64,000 bases of DNA, taken from Nitrospirota bacterium. GTDB lineage: Bacteria; Nitrospirota; UBA9217. The stretch is taken from positions 576,001 to 640,000 of the forward strand of contig CAWFSF010000005.1 of the NCBI GenBank assembly GCA_963818475.1, written 5' to 3'. This document shows positions 34,545 to 44,420 of this stretch, piece after piece. Below the pieces are notes generated by a model. It searched no databases. It saw only the letters and a list, made by a program, of their open reading frames with translations, and was not told the origin of the DNA. Position numbers and translations under genes: made by a program. The first letter of the stretch is position 1, and each line of letters opens with the position of its first letter.

Positions 34545-37500
34545 TCACCCTCTATACCATAAAGAGAGGTCGTCATACTAAAATGACGTAAGACGGTTGT
34601 ATAGTAATAGTTGTTGGCGGATCAAATTGCAATATATCCATAGCATCACATGTAGTTCTTACACAACCCTCTGTTCGAGCTTGTGGCCCGCCCCGATTAG
34701 CCCGTCCACAATGAAGTCCAACTCGCTGTTCTTGGGGTCAAACGTGGTGGAACAAGTGGTAAAATTATTGGTATAAAACCAGTTCCAAATGCAGAATTTG
34801 GATCATTCCCGGTAGGAATATAGTTTCGCCATGGGGAACGTATTTCCATAGGGGGCTGGACCTATGACTATTGGGGATTTAAGGATCGCCAATGGGGTTT
34901 ATTGTATTGTTCCTAGCTGGAAAGTATAGAATTGGTGCCAAGGGCGGCCTCATCTGTAATCAATTATAAGATCCTCCTAGCGAATTGGATCAACCATTAC
35001 ATCAGAAGAGACCGCTTCGGGTCTTTTCAGGTTCACCGGGTCGGATTCCCCACATACCCGAACAGATTCACATTCACCGCCGGCGAAATCGATTGGATCT
35101 TTTGCCATCCATCGGCTGATCGAGCCGGATCATAATCTCGAAACCCGAAGCGCACGAGGCCGGTATCTTTGTCATGCAACCCACCAGCGAACCCGAACGG
35201 CAACGCTGAATGATCGAATTACTTTCGTAGATTATAGCTACCGAATGAATCATAAAGCAGCTCTTTGACTACTGCTCCTGATGACATCCATCACAGCCCT
35301 CAGCGAACCAATCTGATCATAAAGCGAGATAGTACGTAACTCCGCTCTTCGTCATGGATACCGGCATGCGCCCATCAGCGTAAGTTAAAGCGCATCACAA
35401 GATTATTGCTGCCATCATAAACCGCCAGGAGACGGGTCATGTCCCTGCCAGAGATATTTCTCCGATAACCGTACCATTTACACGTTTCGCAATCCTTCTC
35501 CCCATCGGATCATGATCATAGCTGATGACCGTACCATTCGGCAGCATCGCGGCTAACAGCTCACCTCGTGAAGAGTAATTGAACGTCGTTGTTCCCTGCG
35601 GATGAGTTATCTTGCTCGTCAGAAAACCGTCTTGATCAAACTGATATCGTGTCGCTTCCCGCTGTCAGAACATGGTCCTCGGCTGAATAGGTGTACGTCT
35701 TATTTGTGTACCGCAGGTCATTGGTCTCTGTCAGCCTGTTGCCGTCCGCGTCGTACGAGTAGCTTTCAACGAGAGCATTATTCTGCTTCACCGTAGAAAG
35801 CCTGCCGAGTTCATCATCCCCGTAATCCCAGACCATGACGGCATCCTGCATATATTCGACCTTCCGCACGATGCGGCCTGCGTTGTCGCGGGCTACGGTC
35901 CAATCGTAGATCGGCGTATTGTTGGCGGAATAGGTGTTTCCATCCATTTCTCCGTATCCGTTAAATGTTCTGTTCACGGTAAGAGTACCATCACTAACGC
36001 TTTCCGGCAAGCCGTTTTGTGCGTTTCTCGCAACCGTGTATGTCCCTGCGCTGGTCAACAAACCGTCGTTGTCGTACCCGAAGCTCTGGCTTGCTCCGGC
36101 GTAGGTCATTGACGAAAGCTTGAATTCGTTGTTGTAGGTATAGCTGATGCTCTGGCTGAGGGTGCCGGTTCGCGTGTCGGTTTTCACGAGCGTGCCGTCG
36201 TAGGTAAAGGCGTTGCTCTCTCCGCCCCTGGTCACGCTGGACAGGTTGCTTCCGCAGCCGTAGGCATAGCTGATCGCGCCTTCTGGCGTTGCCGTGTTCG
36301 TGAGCAGGCCATGCGTGTAGGTGTTGCTGATCATCTTCCCGGACGGGAATGTAATGGTCTTGAGCTTTCGTTCCTTGTCATAGCCATACTGATAGCTGCC
36401 CGAGAGCGGCGTGGTCCAGATATTTCGCTGTTTGGTGGCGGTATAGCCGAAGGTGTTGGTGACGCTCATGGGATTGGTCAGCACGGTCATGCTGCCGTTC
36501 AGATCGTAGTCGTATTGAATCAGCGACCCATCGGGCCGCTGGAGAGTGCGCAGCCTGCCCATAACGTCATACGTGTAATCGACTTTTTTATTGTCTGGCG
36601 AAATGATGTAATCGTAGTAGCCGTTCGTGTCGTAGGCAACCGTGGTCGTCCTCTGGCCGCCGCCGGCCACGGTCTTGATCGTTCGGACATCGTTTACGCT
36701 TGTCGATCCGTCTCCTTTAAACAGGGTCATCGGATCCCAGGGACTCAGATAATGATGAGAAGAAAGGGTCCATCCGTCAGCGATAGAGCTGAATCCACGG
36801 TTCAAGGTTACACGAGTGTTTTTCCAAACAATAGCTTCTTCCCTCCCGATGACAGCTGTTGAACCGCTACCGATGCGTTCCCATGCCCGGTACCAGCCGC
36901 CGGCCGCCGAATAATAAACCACCCGGTAACCGTATCCTATGCTGATATCGGCCACCCTCGAACCAACCACAGGCCTTCCGAAGCTGGTCAAGCCCGTCCC
37001 ATATGAATTCTGTCTTCTGATGCGGACCAGGCGGAAGAACTGTTTGGAACACTCGCCCCGAACCTCATCCTGACTATAATCTTGGCGAGGCTCGCCGGTA
37101 CCGTTTGACCGCTTGCGGGTATCGTCACGACTGTTTTGTAACCCCGAACCCTGCTGGTTGCGTAATGGAGCGTCATGCTCGTGCCGGGAATGGGGAGCTC
37201 TTCATGAACGACGCGAGTCTGGCGCTCGCAGTACGATCCGTTTTTCATCCGCATTTCCAGTTCCGCAGGTAACAAATTGCGGCGGGTCCTTCTTTTTTTG
37301 CTGATCCACAATCGGTTCCCCATCTGGGTTAGGCCCTACGGCATCGCCCGGAAGACCTGCCTCCGGCCAGTTGAAATCCCACGGGGTGAAATGGTCCACC
37401 TTTATACGCCAAAAAGTGGCATTGGGTCTGAACTGCACAGGATCGGCAAGGCCTGGTGCAGTAAATTCATCGGGCTGCCCGTCGCCGGTCGTGTCCAAAG

Positions 37501-39564
37501 CATCGGTGATTCCGTCGCCGTTCGTATCGAGCAGTTTCACAACGACACCGTTGTCCGAGGCCATCCATACGCCCTTGGTCCGGTGTAATATCCCACAGGA
37601 ACAATTTCTCCCACATTGAACCCGAGGAAGTTATCAACGTATGTTGTCACGGGCTTATCGAACTTCACGCTCCTGCGCCGTCCACGGATAGTTCGGAACA
37701 GTAGGTAAAGGTCGATGTAGGTGGCAGTTTGGCAGGCATGCTCTCCGGCGTCTCGATCTCCGTTGCCCGGGTCGTGATGGTCGTCATGACGGTCTGATTA
37801 CCGTTTGCATCTGTTACCGTGGCCCGGTTGTCACCCGCAAATACCATGGAGAGCGCTCGGCTGCCGGACTCATCTGTTACCGTCGAGCTGATATGGACCA
37901 TTACTGTTGACGGGTTCCCATCAAAAGTAATGGTGGTTCCCTTCGTGTCTTCGGCAAGCATAGTGACCGGTTCGGTATTTATCGTATCGTTCCAGGGGGT
38001 ATTGACTTGTCTGTGACTTGTGATCAAACCGCTTTTTTCGAACACAACCGTAACTGCGCCGCCGCCGTCCACGGGTATTGAATATCTGCTTGTACCATCC
38101 GTCTTTGCTGACCGATATTCCGGAAGTCCGAGGAACGAGACTTTGATATCGGATACTGGATTCTGACTCCTGTCTTGAACAAGACGGTTACTACAGCGAA
38201 CCGTTTCGCGGTATAGGCCGGTATGGTGGCGTCAAGGGGGATGAGGTCTTCGTATTGCTTGCCAAAGGAACCTGCGGCAAGTGGCTCGACCGTCGTGTTG
38301 GCAGGCTGGGACACGGTTAGTATAAAGTACTGAGTTTCGCCGCCTCCGGAACCGGGGTTGATGACGTTTACTGGATATAAGCCGGAAGTCGTCAAGAGCG
38401 AGGCAGGAATGGTGGTTTCTATCCGGGTTTTGTTCACAAACTGTGTTGCATAAAGTTGTCCATTAATGTACACGGTGGAACTCCTGACAAAGTTGTCGCC
38501 TGTCAGGACCAGCGAGGTATCTGCGCTGTTTGCCTTGATCATTGAAGGATCTATGGAAGAAAGGGACGGAGCGGGATTTTGGACAGTGACAAAGCTGCTA
38601 TCGACAAGCCGCCGCCCGGCTTGGGATTTGCAACGTTGATGTCGAGATAGCCGCCGTTCGGTTGAAAGAAGAGAGTACGATATCCTTCTGTCTGTTCGGC
38701 AATATAAAAGATGCCTTGATTGCTCCCGTTAATCCGTCCAATACCTGGAGCCATGCTTTGTCTTCGCCTCCGACTATCGAGAGCGTATTCAAACAATCAT
38801 TGTACGCAAGGGCTTTCGGATGTTTTTGCACGGAAAACGTTCCGGTCACAAGACGCGTGCCAGATCGATCGTCGGTGACCGTATCGCTCTTTTCATTTGC
38901 GACGGCTGCCTGGTGAGTGGACGCGTTGATCGCGATATCGACGAGGGAGTTGCCTGCTTGAAGGATTTTGACTACGGAAAGCGTGTTCAGGTCGATGATA
39001 GTAATGTTGTCATACGCTCCGCTGTCCTGTCCGTCGTCGTCTGTGTCGATTTCGTGGGCGATCACGGCTATGCGGAGCCCGGGATCCACGGCAACTGAAA
39101 CAGGTTTCTTCAACACCTAGATCGTAGTGATGGTCTCGTAGGTGACGAGATCAATTATGGAGACAATGCCCTGCTTATGGGTGATAACTGCCTGTCCGGC
39201 GTCTGTGTCGATGGCTATGGACGTAGGGTCGCTGGTGATTTTGATGTTTTGCAGTATGTCGTAGGTATCTACTGACAGGATGTGAAGTTTTCTTTCTCCA
39301 GCCGCTGCTACTATCCGCCTTTGACTGTCCACGGCAACGGCCAATATCTCCTTGTCGCGAAGAATGGTATTCGTAACTGTTCTGGTTTTACCATCAAGAA
39401 CGTCAATGCCTTCATGTTCCATTGATAGCAAAAACCTTTGTAGTGGAGGAACTGATTGCCAGTGAGCTGTAGACGGCCTTCGTGCTCGAATGGCTGGTAT
39501 GAGCGCCTAGAACCAGGATAACCACTGCGACGACCGACATGACTGCATATCGGGATTTTTTCAT
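34545..39564 (-). CDS. Secreted teneurin-like YD/Rhs polymorphic toxin (YncE-like propeller, IPT/TIG, teneurin-like plug, YD repeats, Rhs core, L,D-transpeptidase-like tip); many indels
   Basis: Signal peptide; VAVDP/IAIN blades; LTGDNF; HFTPWDFNWP; EELPIPGTSMTLHY; GWTLSSHH; YD repeats; PFGFAGGLHD.DTGLVRFG.RDYD; DP..FAGG. Confidence 0.8.
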
Positions 39565-39657
39565 GAGCTCCCGGCTACCAGAAGTTTGCCTGATCTCAAT
39601 ACCTATTAATTTTGAGCGCATTTTTGTGAAACTCTCAAATTGTTTCCTTAAATGTTA

Positions 39658-39686
39658 TTGCAATATTCAGAGGGACAGCTTACAAT
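39658..39686 (+). promoter_or_regulatory. sigma70 promoter for rlmN
   Basis: TTGCAA-N17-TACAAT. Confidence 0.55.
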
Positions 39687-39695
39687 TTATGCCTG

Positions 39696-40778
39696 ATGCA
39701 GGACATCCCATTCACCATGAACAACGATAAAGAACGCAGGGACCTCAAAGGTCTCACGCCAAAGGACATCGACCGCTTTTGCACGGAAACGATGGGGCAG
39801 AAACCGGGCCAGGGAACGCGGGCGGCCGTCTGGTTGTTCCGGAAAAGGGTCGAGGACTTCGATCTGATGACGGACTTAAACCGCCCCTTTCGCGAACAGC
39901 TGAAGCGGCATTGCCGGATCTCGCAGCTTGCGATCGAACAGCAGAGTACGTCTGAGGACGGGACCGTGAAGTTGCTTTATCGGCTGGATGACGGCAATAC
40001 GGTAGAAGGTGTGCTCATCCCCGGCCCCGGCAGGCTCTCACTCTGCGTCTCCACCCAGGTCGGCTGCGCATCAGGCTGCGCATTCTGCCGAACCGGCGAG
40101 AGCGGGCTGAAGCGCAATCTCTCTGCTGCCGAGATCGTGAACCAGGTCTTTGCAGCACAGAGGGTCGCTGTTGCCCCGATCACGAATATCGTGCTCATGG
40201 GGACCGGCGAGCCGCTCAGCAATTATGACGCGGTAAAGACATTTGTTCAGGCAGCAACGGACCGGTACGGCATGGGGTTCTCGAACAGAAAGGTGACGAT
40301 CTCCACCTGCGGACTTGCGCCGATGATCGAGAAGATGGCTGAAGACAAGGAGATGGATGCGAGCCTTGCCGTGTCTCTGAATGCTGCCACGGACGCGGTG
40401 CGTGACCAGATCATGCCGGTGAACAGAACCTACCCCATAGCGCGGCTCATGCAAGCCCTTCATCATTACGGTAAAACAACGGGCAAGACCGTGACGATCG
40501 AATATGTTCTGTTTAAGGGATTGAACGATTCAGACGAGGACGCGGGCCGTCTCATGGAACTGCTCAAAGGACTTCCTTGCATGATCAATGTGCTGATGTT
40601 CAACCCCTTCCCGGGTGCCCCCTTCCAGAGGCCGGACGAAGAACGGGTCTATGCGTTCAGGAACATTCTTTTGAACCACGGATTCGTTGCGGTGGTCAGG
40701 AACAGCCGGGGCAAGGACATCAATGCCGCCTGTGGCCAGCTCAGGGCAGTAGCCGACAGTCAGCCCTCGCGGTCATAG
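39696..40778 (+). CDS. rlmN: 23S rRNA (adenine2503-C2)-methyltransferase, radical SAM
   Basis: CVSTQVGCASGCAFC, MGTGEPL and DINAACGQL motifs. Confidence 0.9.
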   Translation: MQDIPFTMNNDKERRDLKGLTPKDIDRFCTETMGQKPGQGTRAAVWLFRKRVEDFDLMTDLNRPFREQLKRHCRISQLAIEQQSTSEDGTVKLLYRLDDGNTVEGVLIPGPGRLSLCVSTQVGCASGCAFCRTGESGLKRNLSAAEIVNQVFAAQRVAVAPITNIVLMGTGEPLSNYDAVKTFVQAATDRYGMGFSNRKVTISTCGLAPMIEKMAEDKEMDASLAVSLNAATDAVRDQIMPVNRTYPIARLMQALHHYGKTTGKTVTIEYVLFKGLNDSDEDAGRLMELLKGLPCMINVLMFNPFPGAPFQRPDEERVYAFRNILLNHGFVAVVRNSRGKDINAACGQLRAVADSQPSRS

Positions 40779-40782
40779 AAAT

Positions 40783-40810
40783 AAAAAAAGGGGCGGCAAG
40801 CCGTCCCTTT
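40783..40810. terminator. Bidirectional intrinsic terminator
   Basis: AAAAAAAGGGGCGGC-AA-GCCGTCCCTTT between convergent genes. Confidence 0.7.
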
Positions 40811-40837
40811 ACATGATCTTCCGTTTACCGGCAACTG

Positions 40838-41812
40838 TTAATAGTTCGCCACATCCCCGCCGGCTTCCAAGAGGTCCTTCATCACATCGGCGCGCCTGAT
40901 GACGATCAGGGATTTGGTCCATCCCAGTGAATAGCGGTCAATGATCATTTCGCGCGCCGTGTCGGAGGCACTTTTGTCTTCGCGCTTCTGGCATGCGCCG
41001 TTCAAGCAGACCTCCAACTCTCTTTTGCTGGTCCCGGTCGGCGTGATCCCGTTAAAGACGATCTCGCGCCACCGCACCAGGAAGGCATCGCTTTTCCCGG
41101 TCTCATCGGTGTACACAAAGGTCGACGACCACTCCTTCTTGCATGGACCGGTCTCGCAGAGCAGCATGCCCTGTTTGGTCCGGTAGTATTTTCCCGACTG
41201 GTCCTTGGTTTCCGAGTACTTGGTGATGACCTGCCGATTGACCTTGCTGGTGACATGAAGCTCGGGCACCTCGGTTTCCGGGTAGACCTTGATGATGTTC
41301 AGGTGCAGGTCGCGGAACGCTTCTTTCGGGTTCTTCGTTTCTGCTTTTTTCGGCTCGTGTTTTTTTATTTCTGCTTTTTTCGGCTCCGGTTTTTTGGGCT
41401 CTACCATCGCCTTTTTTTGCTCTTCCGCCTTTGCAGCCTCTGCTTTTTTCTTGCGTGCCGCCTCTGCGCGCTCAGCATCAGTCGTGTCGATGAGTTGCTG
41501 TTCGTCAAACCGCGCTTCCAGCCGCAGCGTCTCGTTCTTCACCACGCTGAACGTTCCTGAAACCACCTTGCCTTCTGTCCGGCATGACACCATATGATCC
41601 CCGACCGGCACGCTTTCGATCAACGTATTGACCCTGCCGCTCGCGATTTCATCGATGAACACCTTTGCATCAAGAACCGCGCTTTTGACCATTACTGAGC
41701 CATATCTCGCAATAACAAGCTCAGCCTCCTCACTCCCTGCCATTGGCACCTGGCCCGGAGCCAGAGAGAATCCTACCAGGAACACCGCCAGATAAAAAGC
41801 TCTGCATCGCAT
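40838..41812 (-). CDS. Secreted PEGA-domain protein with Lys/Glu-rich linker
   Basis: Signal peptide; A.VFID..G..T...VP.G.H PEGA-like segment; EPKK repeats. Confidence 0.65.
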   Translation of the reverse strand: MRCRAFYLAVFLVGFSLAPGQVPMAGSEEAELVIARYGSVMVKSAVLDAKVFIDEIASGRVNTLIESVPVGDHMVSCRTEGKVVSGTFSVVKNETLRLEARFDEQQLIDTTDAERAEAARKKKAEAAKAEEQKKAMVEPKKPEPKKAEIKKHEPKKAETKNPKEAFRDLHLNIIKVYPETEVPELHVTSKVNRQVITKYSETKDQSGKYYRTKQGMLLCETGPCKKEWSSTFVYTDETGKSDAFLVRWREIVFNGITPTGTSKRELEVCLNGACQKREDKSASDTAREMIIDRYSLGWTKSLIVIRRADVMKDLLEAGGDVANY

Positions 41813-41949
41813 TGTCGCACTGCCCTCCCGTTACAAAAGGTAACCACTTGCCGACATCGTGCCGGATTTCTAAAATACTATAGCACAAAAAATCCACCGT
41901 GCTGACAAAAAACTCACTAGCGTAAACTGCAGATTATAAAACAGAACCA

Positions 41950-42891
41950 CTACACCGGCGACCGAAGCCGTTCGATGATCCCTGCCATGTCCTGCGGCGG
42001 CGGGACACTAAAGGTCATGGGGTGGCCGGTTTCCGGGTGAAACAGCGACAGCGACGCTGCGTGAAGCATCTGGCGAGGGACGGGAAGCTCGCCGATTTTG
42101 GCGATCTTCGCGCCTCCGTAGGTACGGTCGCCGAGCACCGGGTGGCCGATATGCGCCATATGCACACGGATCTGATGCGTTCGCCCGGTCTTGATCTCGA
42201 CCTCGACCAGCGTTGCCTGCTTGAAGCGTTCTTTGACCCGGTACAGGGTAACGGCTTCCCGCGCCTTGTTCGTATGCACGCTGATCTTTTTCCGCTCCCG
42301 CACATGCCTGCCGAGAGCGACATCGATAGTGCCCGATCCCTTTTTGATCACGCCGGCGACCAGCGCCAGATACCGCTTCTGCACCGACCGGTTCTTGAAC
42401 TGTGCCGACAGGGAGCGAAGTGCCGACAGGGTCCGGGCGATCGCCAGGACGCCCGATGTGTCCTTGTCGAGCCGGTGCACGATGCCGGCACGTTCCCGTT
42501 CGGCTCCCGGCAGACCGGCCGAGGGAAGGCTTCCGTAATGATGCAGCAGCGCGTTCACCAGCGTACCCGTGAAGTTGCCCGGCGCCGGATGCACCACGAT
42601 ACCGGGCGGTTTGTTCAGGATGATCAACTGGCGGTCCTCGTAGATCACGGAAAGCGCGATCGGCTCGGCCAGGACGTCATGGACCTTTTTCTCGGGCAGA
42701 TCGACTGAAATGCCTTCCCCGAGCTTGACCTTGTAGCCGGGCTTCTCGCTCCTGCCTTGGACAAGAGCCATGCCGTCCCTGATCAGCGTTTGGATGCGAT
42801 TGCGGGACACGTGCGGCTCGTAATGCCCGATGTAGATGTCAAGGCGCTTGCCGACGTGCTTGTCAGTGACGGTGTGCGTTATGATGGGCAT
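41950..42891 (-). CDS. rluD: RluA/RluD family pseudouridine synthase
   Basis: S4 RLD, NKPPG.VVHP, HRLDKDTSG and TGRTHQIRVH motifs. Confidence 0.9.
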   Translation of the reverse strand: MPIITHTVTDKHVGKRLDIYIGHYEPHVSRNRIQTLIRDGMALVQGRSEKPGYKVKLGEGISVDLPEKKVHDVLAEPIALSVIYEDRQLIILNKPPGIVVHPAPGNFTGTLVNALLHHYGSLPSAGLPGAERERAGIVHRLDKDTSGVLAIARTLSALRSLSAQFKNRSVQKRYLALVAGVIKKGSGTIDVALGRHVRERKKISVHTNKAREAVTLYRVKERFKQATLVEVEIKTGRTHQIRVHMAHIGHPVLGDRTYGGAKIAKIGELPVPRQMLHAASLSLFHPETGHPMTFSVPPPQDMAGIIERLRSPV

Positions 42892-42975
42892 GAGCAATTT
42901 AAGGCAGCGTGCAAGACGAAAACCGATGCAAGTGCCGACGGCAACCGCCGACTCACCCTTTGCACGCTGCATTTT

Positions 42976-43776
42976 TCATTTTTCAACCGGGGCCCTGCGC
43001 AATTTCCAGAGCATGAAGAGCGACAGGAAGACCATGCCGATGGCGATGATCTGCGACGTGGAGATGATCCCGCCGAAGTAGAGGCCCCGCACAACGTCCC
43101 CGCGATAGAATTCGATGATGAAGCGCAGGACGGCATAGAAGAGCGGATAGAACCAGAATACCTGCCCGTCGTATTTCCGGGCGCGCCGCACCAGCAGCAG
43201 CATGCCGAAGATCAGGAACTCGCCGCCCGATTCAAGCAGCTGTGTCGGAACGAGCGGTACGCCGAGCGGCGCCAGGGAATGAGGGTCGCTGAAGGTGATG
43301 CAGAAGGGGCCGCTGCAGGGAGCTCCGAAACAGCAGCCGGCGAAAAAGCAGCCGAGCCTGCCGAAGCCGTGTCCCAGGGCGATGTAGGGGGCCATGATGT
43401 CTGCAGTTTTCCAGACCGGCAGCGCGTGTTTACGCACATACCAGATGCCGGTCGGCACTGCCGCGAGCAGGCCGCCGTAGAATACGAGGCCGCCTTTCCA
43501 GATAGCGAAGGCGTCCAGCGGGTTCCTGCCGAACTCCTGCAGATTCGTGAGCACATAGAGGATGCGGGACCCCACGATGGCGGCGAGCAGCAGGTACACG
43601 CCCATGTCGAGGATCCTGTCCGGATCAAGCCCTTCTTTCCGCGCCTGCCGCGAGGCCAGATACATGCTGACCAGGAAACCGATGCCGATCATGAGACCGT
43701 ACATCCTGATCGGGATAGGCCCCAGGACCCAGTTGCCAAAGTCGATTTTCGGTATTTCAAATAAGATGGGATGCAT
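42976..43776 (-). CDS. lgt: Prolipoprotein diacylglyceryl transferase
   Basis: GGLVFYGG, GRLGCF..GCC and PTQL.E motifs. Confidence 0.95.
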   Translation of the reverse strand: MHPILFEIPKIDFGNWVLGPIPIRMYGLMIGIGFLVSMYLASRQARKEGLDPDRILDMGVYLLLAAIVGSRILYVLTNLQEFGRNPLDAFAIWKGGLVFYGGLLAAVPTGIWYVRKHALPVWKTADIMAPYIALGHGFGRLGCFFAGCCFGAPCSGPFCITFSDPHSLAPLGVPLVPTQLLESGGEFLIFGMLLLVRRARKYDGQVFWFYPLFYAVLRFIIEFYRGDVVRGLYFGGIISTSQIIAIGMVFLSLFMLWKLRRAPVEK

Positions 43777-43791
43777 AACTTCCTTTCGGAA

Positions 43792-43893
43792 AAAATCCTA
43801 AAACATAATATCTAAACTCTAAACAACGGTGAAAATTTGAACATTTAGATTTCGAGATTTATTTAGGATTTCGATATTAGGATTTAGAGCTTT
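43792..43893. repeat. AT-rich heptamer repeat with inverted arms overlapping the lspA stop
   Basis: aaatcctaaaac..tctaaactctaaac / atttagatttcgagatttatttaggatttcgatattaggatttagag. Confidence 0.7.
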
Positions 43894-44368
43894 CTTCACG
43901 CTGTTTCGTAAACAGCATATCCACGATCAGCAGAACCACGCCCACGGAGATCGCTGAGTCTGCGATGTTGAACGACGGCCAGTAGAAGTCTTTCACGTAC
44001 CACTGAATGAAATCGACGACCTCGGAATAACGCAGCCGATCGACCAGGTTGCCGACAGCCCCTCCCGCGATCAGGGAGAAGGCGATGATCTGCAGGCGCT
44101 CTTTTGTGCTCCTGATGAGGAACGCAATGACGGCCACAGCGATGATCGTCACGGAGATGAAGAACATGCTCCGCCAGATACCCGGCACGCTCGCAAGGAT
44201 GCCGAACGCCGCACCCTTGTTCCTGACATGCGTCACATTAAAGAAACCCGGGACAACCGTGATTATCTCATACAGACGGATGTGCTTTTCGATGAGGTAC
44301 TTCGTTGCCTGATCGAGGATGAGGATAAAACCAGTAATAGAACCGACCCAGAAATATTTATTCTTCAA
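43877..44368 (-). CDS. lspA: Lipoprotein signal peptidase II
   Basis: DQATK, N.GAAFG, GA.GNL.DR, VVDFI and FNIAD motifs. Confidence 0.95.
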   Translation of the reverse strand: MKNKYFWVGSITGFILILDQATKYLIEKHIRLYEIITVVPGFFNVTHVRNKGAAFGILASVPGIWRSMFFISVTIIAVAVIAFLIRSTKERLQIIAFSLIAGGAVGNLVDRLRYSEVVDFIQWYVKDFYWPSFNIADSAISVGVVLLIVDMLFTKQREESSKS

Positions 44369-44395
44369 TCAAAACTCCCCGTCAAATTGTTGTTT

Positions 44396-44418
44396 TTCCG
44401 CATTCCGCATTCCGAACT
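44396..44418. repeat. Heptamer repeat ttccgca-ttccgca-ttccgaa
   Basis: Directly after the ileS stop. Confidence 0.75.
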
Positions 44419-44420
44419 TA

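Noticed and set aside
34732-34742. TTGGGGTCAA as another element end
   Set aside because: It falls inside the toxin-tip coding region with no adjacent transposase sequence or breakpoint.
41330-41480. T-rich repeats as a DNA element
   Set aside because: They encode the EPKK/AEIKK linker of the PEGA protein.
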